Shown piece by piece: positions 62,824 through 64,000 of a stretch of 64,000 nucleotides of DNA. Numbering within the stretch: position 1 is the first letter of the stretch; each line of letters opens with the position of its first letter. Below the pieces are notes generated by a model that was not told where the DNA came from, made no database searches, and worked only from the letters and a program-made list of their open reading frames with translations. The position numbers were made by a program, and so were the translations under genes. Origin of the DNA: an uncultured Spirochaetales bacterium (GTDB taxonomy: Bacteria; Spirochaetota; Spirochaetia; Sphaerochaetales; Sphaerochaetaceae); NCBI GenBank assembly GCA_949283305.1, contig CASDRU010000016.1, positions 10,155 to 74,154 of the forward strand, given 5' to 3'.

Positions 62824-64000
62824 ATGAAAAAAATAATTATAAAGTACGGATCAAAGGAAATAGAGGCTGAGCCTTTTATCAAGATAGAGGAGCTGTTCAA
62901 GGACGAAGAGAAGCTTTCTTATATGGACAATCCGACAGTAGGAGTTCTCTCAGACGGCGTGCTCAGGGGGCTTGATGAGAGAATTGAGACATCATGCTCG
63001 ATTGAAAGGGTTCCCCTTTTCTCTTCACTGGGAAAGAGAATATACAGGAAAACTCTCTGTTTTCTCCTCTTTTATGCATCCAGCATAATATATCCATCAC
63101 GGAAGATGAAAATCGAACACAGTTTAGGAGATGGCTTTTATTTCCATTATCTTGACAGTGACAGTTTCTCAATAGAGATGCTGAAAGAAAAGATGATGGA
63201 GATTGTCGGAAATAAAGAAAGGATTGACGTAGTAAGACTGAGCCATCTTGATGCAGTGAGAATTCTGAAGGAAAACAGCTGCGATGATACAGTGGACTTG
63301 ATAAGCACGATGAATGATGAGTCCTACCGCTTCATAAAGGCAGGCTCCTCATATCAGCTGTATACAGAAAAGGTTCTTCCCTCCTTTTCATTCATCAGTC
63401 TTTTCGATCTCAGAGAATACTCAGGGGGAATGCTTCTCCGCTATCCGCAGATGAGAAGCCCCGAGAGGATAAGGGAATTTACAGACAATCCCCTTCTCTT
63501 CTCGATTTTCTCAGAAAGCAGAAGAAACAGGAAGCTGATAAACTTCAGGTCGATAGCTGACTTGAACAAAGCAATACTTGATTCAAGCATTTCAGACAAG
63601 ATTCTGCTCCTTGAGAGTCAGATGAGAAGGAAGATTGCCGCAATTGCAGATGATATAGGAAAGCGCAGGACAGTGAGGATTGTGTTCATTTCAGGCCCAT
63701 CATCTTCAGGAAAGACGACATTCTCACTCAGGCTGTCAAATGAGCTGAGACTGCTTGGCTACAATCCTATCAAGATATCCCTTGATGACTATTACAAGAG
63801 CAGAGAGGATGTACCCCGCACCGCAGACGGAGATTATGACTTTGAGTGTCTTGAAGCTCTCAGGCTTGATTTGTTCCAGAGCCAGCTTGGTGATCTTATT
63901 GCCGGCAGGCCTGTCAATCTGCCATCATTCTCATTCACAAGCCAGAAGACCACATTCTCAGAAACTCCATTTAAAATGGAGGAGAACACTGTTCTTGTCA
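62824..64000 (+). CDS. uridine kinase-family protein with a long N-terminal (TGS/ThrRS-like) extension; 3' end beyond the window
   Basis: Hand translation gives MKKIIIKYGSKEIEAEPF... and later the P-loop VFISGPSSSGKTTFSLRL and ISLDDYYK. The frame stays open to the window edge. Confidence 0.8.
   Translation, partial: MKKIIIKYGSKEIEAEPFIKIEELFKDEEKLSYMDNPTVGVLSDGVLRGLDERIETSCSIERVPLFSSLGKRIYRKTLCFLLFYASSIIYPSRKMKIEHSLGDGFYFHYLDSDSFSIEMLKEKMMEIVGNKERIDVVRLSHLDAVRILKENSCDDTVDLISTMNDESYRFIKAGSSYQLYTEKVLPSFSFISLFDLREYSGGMLLRYPQMRSPERIREFTDNPLLFSIFSESRRNRKLINFRSIADLNKAILDSSISDKILLLESQMRRKIAAIADDIGKRRTVRIVFISGPSSSGKTTFSLRLSNELRLLGYNPIKISLDDYYKSREDVPRTADGDYDFECLEALRLDLFQSQLGDLIAGRPVNLPSFSFTSQKTTFSETPFKMEENTVLV

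Overview
This is a 64 kb, moderately AT-rich bacterial chromosomal window. It is most likely from a spirochaete (Treponema-like). That is an inference from the class I lysyl-tRNA synthetase, the abundance of lipobox proteins and the overall gene content, and it was not verified by any search. About 60 protein genes are packed tightly, and many stops and starts overlap by 1-20 nt. From 1 to about 29.7 kb almost everything is on the minus strand. Core content: hisG-hisD-hisC; a two-subunit class I fumarate hydratase; fmt-def-priA; truA-acpS-cdaR-cdaA-glpK; a heterodimeric ABC exporter pair; an M16C peptidase and pepT operon; a FeoA-FeoB fusion; a bifurcating-type [FeFe] hydrogenase operon (hydC, HATPase-like, ferredoxin-like, hydB, hydA) divergent from rex; ogg, clpP, era, class I lysK and cdd; a purine permease, adenine deaminase and ogt cluster; a ytrA-type GntR/ABC operon; and one tRNA-Met. 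The accessory content sits at two places. The first is a 0.7 kb toxin-antitoxin cassette inside a duplicated feoB 3' end (about 31.86-32.60 kb). The second is a tRNA-Met locus (about 53.97-56.08 kb) where three direct copies of the tRNA 3' flank bracket two roughly 1 kb cassettes (RelE/RHH plus a zinc-finger remnant, and DUF3800). No integrase, transposase, CRISPR array or rRNA is visible anywhere in the window. Three of these accessory ORFs (the feoB-cassette toxin, the zinc-finger remnant and the DUF3800 gene) look lesioned; the RelE/RHH pair and the HTH antitoxin look intact. The other notable signal is a candidate His-codon leader peptide and attenuator immediately upstream of hisG. All calls come from reading the sequence and the ORF track by eye, and no database search was run.
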